DNA of 64,000 nucleotides from Minisyncoccota bacterium (GTDB lineage Bacteria; Patescibacteriota; Minisyncoccia; Phycocordibacterales; UBA9973): NCBI GenBank assembly GCA_041662205.1, contig JBAZSZ010000001.1, positions 17,973 to 81,972 of the forward strand, read 5' to 3'. Shown piece by piece: positions 62,214 to 64,000 of this stretch (position 1 is its first letter; each line of letters starts with the position of its first letter). The notes under the pieces were generated by a model. It saw only the letters and a program-made list of their open reading frames with translations, ran no database searches and was not told where the DNA came from. The position numbers and the translations under genes were made by a program.

Positions 62214-63243
62214 AGTTTTAAAGCATTTTATTCAAAATAAAATACTCATATTAGTTTTAATAGTATTTTGTTTTATTTTTCCACAAAAAACTAATGCCGC
62301 TACTTTATCTATTTCACCTAGTACTGCAAATGTTTTTGTCGGTGATACTTTCGCTGTAAAAATAAATATAAATACTTTAGGTAAGTCAATTAATAATACC
62401 GAAGGCATAATCCAATTTCCAGTAGAGATGCTGGAAGTTCTCTCTCTTAGTAAAAATTCTTCAATTTTTTCTTTATGGGTAGAAGAGCCAAGTTTTTCTA
62501 ATGTTACCGGTAAAATAAATTTTAATGGGGGAGTACCGACTCCGGGTTTCGTTGGACAAAATGGGAATATACTCTCTGTTACTTTTAAAGCCAAGAAACA
62601 AGGAACTGTTCCTGTTATTTTTACAAATGGAGTTATTCGAGAAAATGATGGCTTTGGCACAAATATTTCTGGTAATTTAACTGGTGCTATATTCTATGTT
62701 ATTAATAAGGTAGCACCTTCTCCAACTCCTGCACCAATATCAACACCAATAATAAAATCTTTACCAAAAAACGTTCCTAAAATAGTATCTACACCAGCAC
62801 CAACATCTGTGTCAGAAGAAACACTAAAACCATTTCCTATTCTGAAGGCTCCGGAAATTATGCTTAGTATAAAAGACGGTGTAATGTCTGTCATCGGTTC
62901 TTCAGCAGATTATCCGCAAGCGGAAGTATTTATAACATTCGTATCTCAAATTGGAACAAAAATACTTATTCCTAGTGTTGCAGACAATCAAGGTAATTTC
63001 AGTGTCCTTGTTCCTAATTTATTAAAACCTGGTTCATATGCTGTTACAGCAACTATGATTAAAGAGGATAAAACAGCTAGCGAAGCTTCAAATGCAATTG
63101 TAGCCAAAATCAATAATAATATTTTTGGTATTACCTTTGAAATGTGGATATTCATTATAATTATGCTTATTCTAATATTGATTTTAATTATTGATGTTTA
63201 TTTAAGTTTTGTAAAAAATAGAAAAGATGGAAAGATGTTGTAA
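62203..63243 (+). CDS. cohesin-domain scaffold-like protein with a Pro/Thr linker, an Ig-like domain and a C-terminal TM anchor
   Basis: Signal peptide ...PQKTNA. Cohesin-like VGDTFAVKININTLGK...IIQFPVEMLEVLSL...LWVEEPSF...GNILSVTFKAKKQGTVPVIF, paralogous to the preceding gene. APSPTPAPISTPI linker; C-terminal TM IFIIIMLILILILII. Confidence 0.65.
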   Translation: MKNKVLKHFIQNKILILVLIVFCFIFPQKTNAATLSISPSTANVFVGDTFAVKININTLGKSINNTEGIIQFPVEMLEVLSLSKNSSIFSLWVEEPSFSNVTGKINFNGGVPTPGFVGQNGNILSVTFKAKKQGTVPVIFTNGVIRENDGFGTNISGNLTGAIFYVINKVAPSPTPAPISTPIIKSLPKNVPKIVSTPAPTSVSEETLKPFPILKAPEIMLSIKDGVMSVIGSSADYPQAEVFITFVSQIGTKILIPSVADNQGNFSVLVPNLLKPGSYAVTATMIKEDKTASEASNAIVAKINNNIFGITFEMWIFIIIMLILILILIIDVYLSFVKNRKDGKML

Positions 63244-63275
63244 TAATAATTTAAGCTTATATGTAGTATAATTAG

Positions 63276-64000
63276 ATGAAGATACCTCTTAAAAAGATGA
63301 AAACAATATTAAATAAAAAAATAATTATCTTTTCCATTTTTATTTTTTTTATTTCTTTTTTTTCTAATACAACTTTTGCTATTTGGGATGGTGCTCCTTA
63401 TGATCCAGGAGAAACAAATAATCCAGAATGCTTACCCTCACAAATTGATTGTGATGTTTTGCCTGCGGTCACAGGTACTCCTTGGACTGCACTGGGTTAT
63501 TTGACTTCTACCAATATTGATGACACTGCCTATGGGGCTGGTTGGAATGGGGATATAACTAATACTGCAAGCAAAAACGCAATTTATGATGTAATTTCTG
63601 CTTTGCCCGGCGGTCACGATGCTGTCACTCTCGGCACCGCGAATGGTCTTTCTCTTTCCACTCAGGTTTTAAGTTTAGCCCTAGCTTCCACTTCTACTAC
63701 TGGAGCTTTGTCGAATACTGACTGGAATACTTTCAATGAGAAGCAACCAGCTGGAAATTATTTAACTTCCTACACCGAAACGGATCCAGTTTTTCTTGCT
63801 TCGCAAGCGCACAATATTTCTGCTCAAAACATTACCGATCTTTCTAATTTGTCTGGCACCAACTCTGGCAACAATGCGGCGAACTCCACCTATGCCAATG
63901 ATTACCGTGCTGCCAACTTTGTGGCTGGGACCAATTACTTGGCACCGAATGGCTCCGCCGCTCTCCTCACTTCTTTCCCCACGCTCAACCAGAGTACGAC
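63276..64000 (+). CDS. secreted protein, 3' end beyond the window
   Basis: ATG at 63276 followed by a signal peptide IIIFSIFIFFISFFSNTTFA; the frame stays open to the window end. It is Thr/Ser/Asn/Ala-rich with short repeats (..NTDWNTF.., ..NISAQNITDLSNLSG..) and is noticeably more GC-rich than its surroundings. Confidence 0.55.
   Translation, partial: MKIPLKKMKTILNKKIIIFSIFIFFISFFSNTTFAIWDGAPYDPGETNNPECLPSQIDCDVLPAVTGTPWTALGYLTSTNIDDTAYGAGWNGDITNTASKNAIYDVISALPGGHDAVTLGTANGLSLSTQVLSLALASTSTTGALSNTDWNTFNEKQPAGNYLTSYTETDPVFLASQAHNISAQNITDLSNLSGTNSGNNAANSTYANDYRAANFVAGTNYLAPNGSAALLTSFPTLNQST

Overview
The window reads as an AT-rich, compact bacterial chromosome segment that uses the standard genetic code: long ORFs end at TAA, TAG or TGA, and there is no in-frame TGA recoding. 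Genes are tightly packed and often overlap by a few nucleotides. Several aminoacyl-tRNA synthetases lack their editing or auxiliary domains, there are many prepilin-type genes, and long Pro/Thr linkers occur in surface proteins. Together these features are typical of reduced-genome, episymbiont-like lineages such as CPR/Patescibacteria, but that placement is an inference.

From 5' to 3' the window contains:
(1) A 9.8-kb co-directional type IV pilus locus at 1-9810: PilO-like, pilB, a CheY-like receiver, pilT, pilC, two tandem major pilins, prepilin peptidase pilD, and four minor pilin or PilX-like genes.
(2) ligA.
(3) An ECF sigma factor with a putative anti-sigma factor, divergent from a secreted cytochrome-b5-domain/Big_2 protein and a secreted beta-helix protein with a peptidoglycan-binding domain.
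(4) tRNA-Ser(GGA).
(5) truB, a cysteine desulfurase, a DsbA-like oxidoreductase, a cupin protein, a DUF475 membrane protein, and a UvrD-type helicase fused to a Cas4/AddB-like Fe-S nuclease.
(6) pheS, pheT, gyrB, thrS, rpmF, a nusB-NUDIX fusion, rnc, an SMC-like protein with a CxxC hook in place of the hinge, maf, a dacA-capA fusion, rnr, rpsP, a KH-domain protein and trmD.
(7) rpoB, rpoC, dnaG and rpoD.
(8) A cell-envelope thiol/polysaccharide cluster: a second DsbA-like protein, a DUF378 protein, a processive GT2 glycosyltransferase and a CxxC protein.
(9) tRNA-Thr(UGU).
(10) tsf and rpsB (minus strand), then proS, mreB, mreC and tgt.
(11) A cohesin-dockerin surface module: a dockerin-bearing secreted protein followed by two membrane-anchored cohesin-domain proteins and a further secreted protein that runs off the window.

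The observations most worth a second look are:
- A conserved ~48-nt sequence module present four times, each time abutting an ATG (rnc, gyrB, tgt and the dockerin gene), with two inverted repeats that show compensatory changes.
- The cohesin-dockerin cluster.
- In-frame GC-rich insertions in ligA and tgt that share a core with each other and with the T-arm of the local tRNA-Thr.
- Domain fusions: NusB-NUDIX, DacA-CapA and helicase-Cas4-like nuclease.
- The hinge-less SMC-like protein with a zinc-hook motif.
- A 111-bp element between rpoD and dsbA bounded by 26-bp inverted repeats.
- The ECF sigma unit beside a secreted cytochrome-b5-fold protein.

No CRISPR array, rRNA, transposase or integrase gene was seen.
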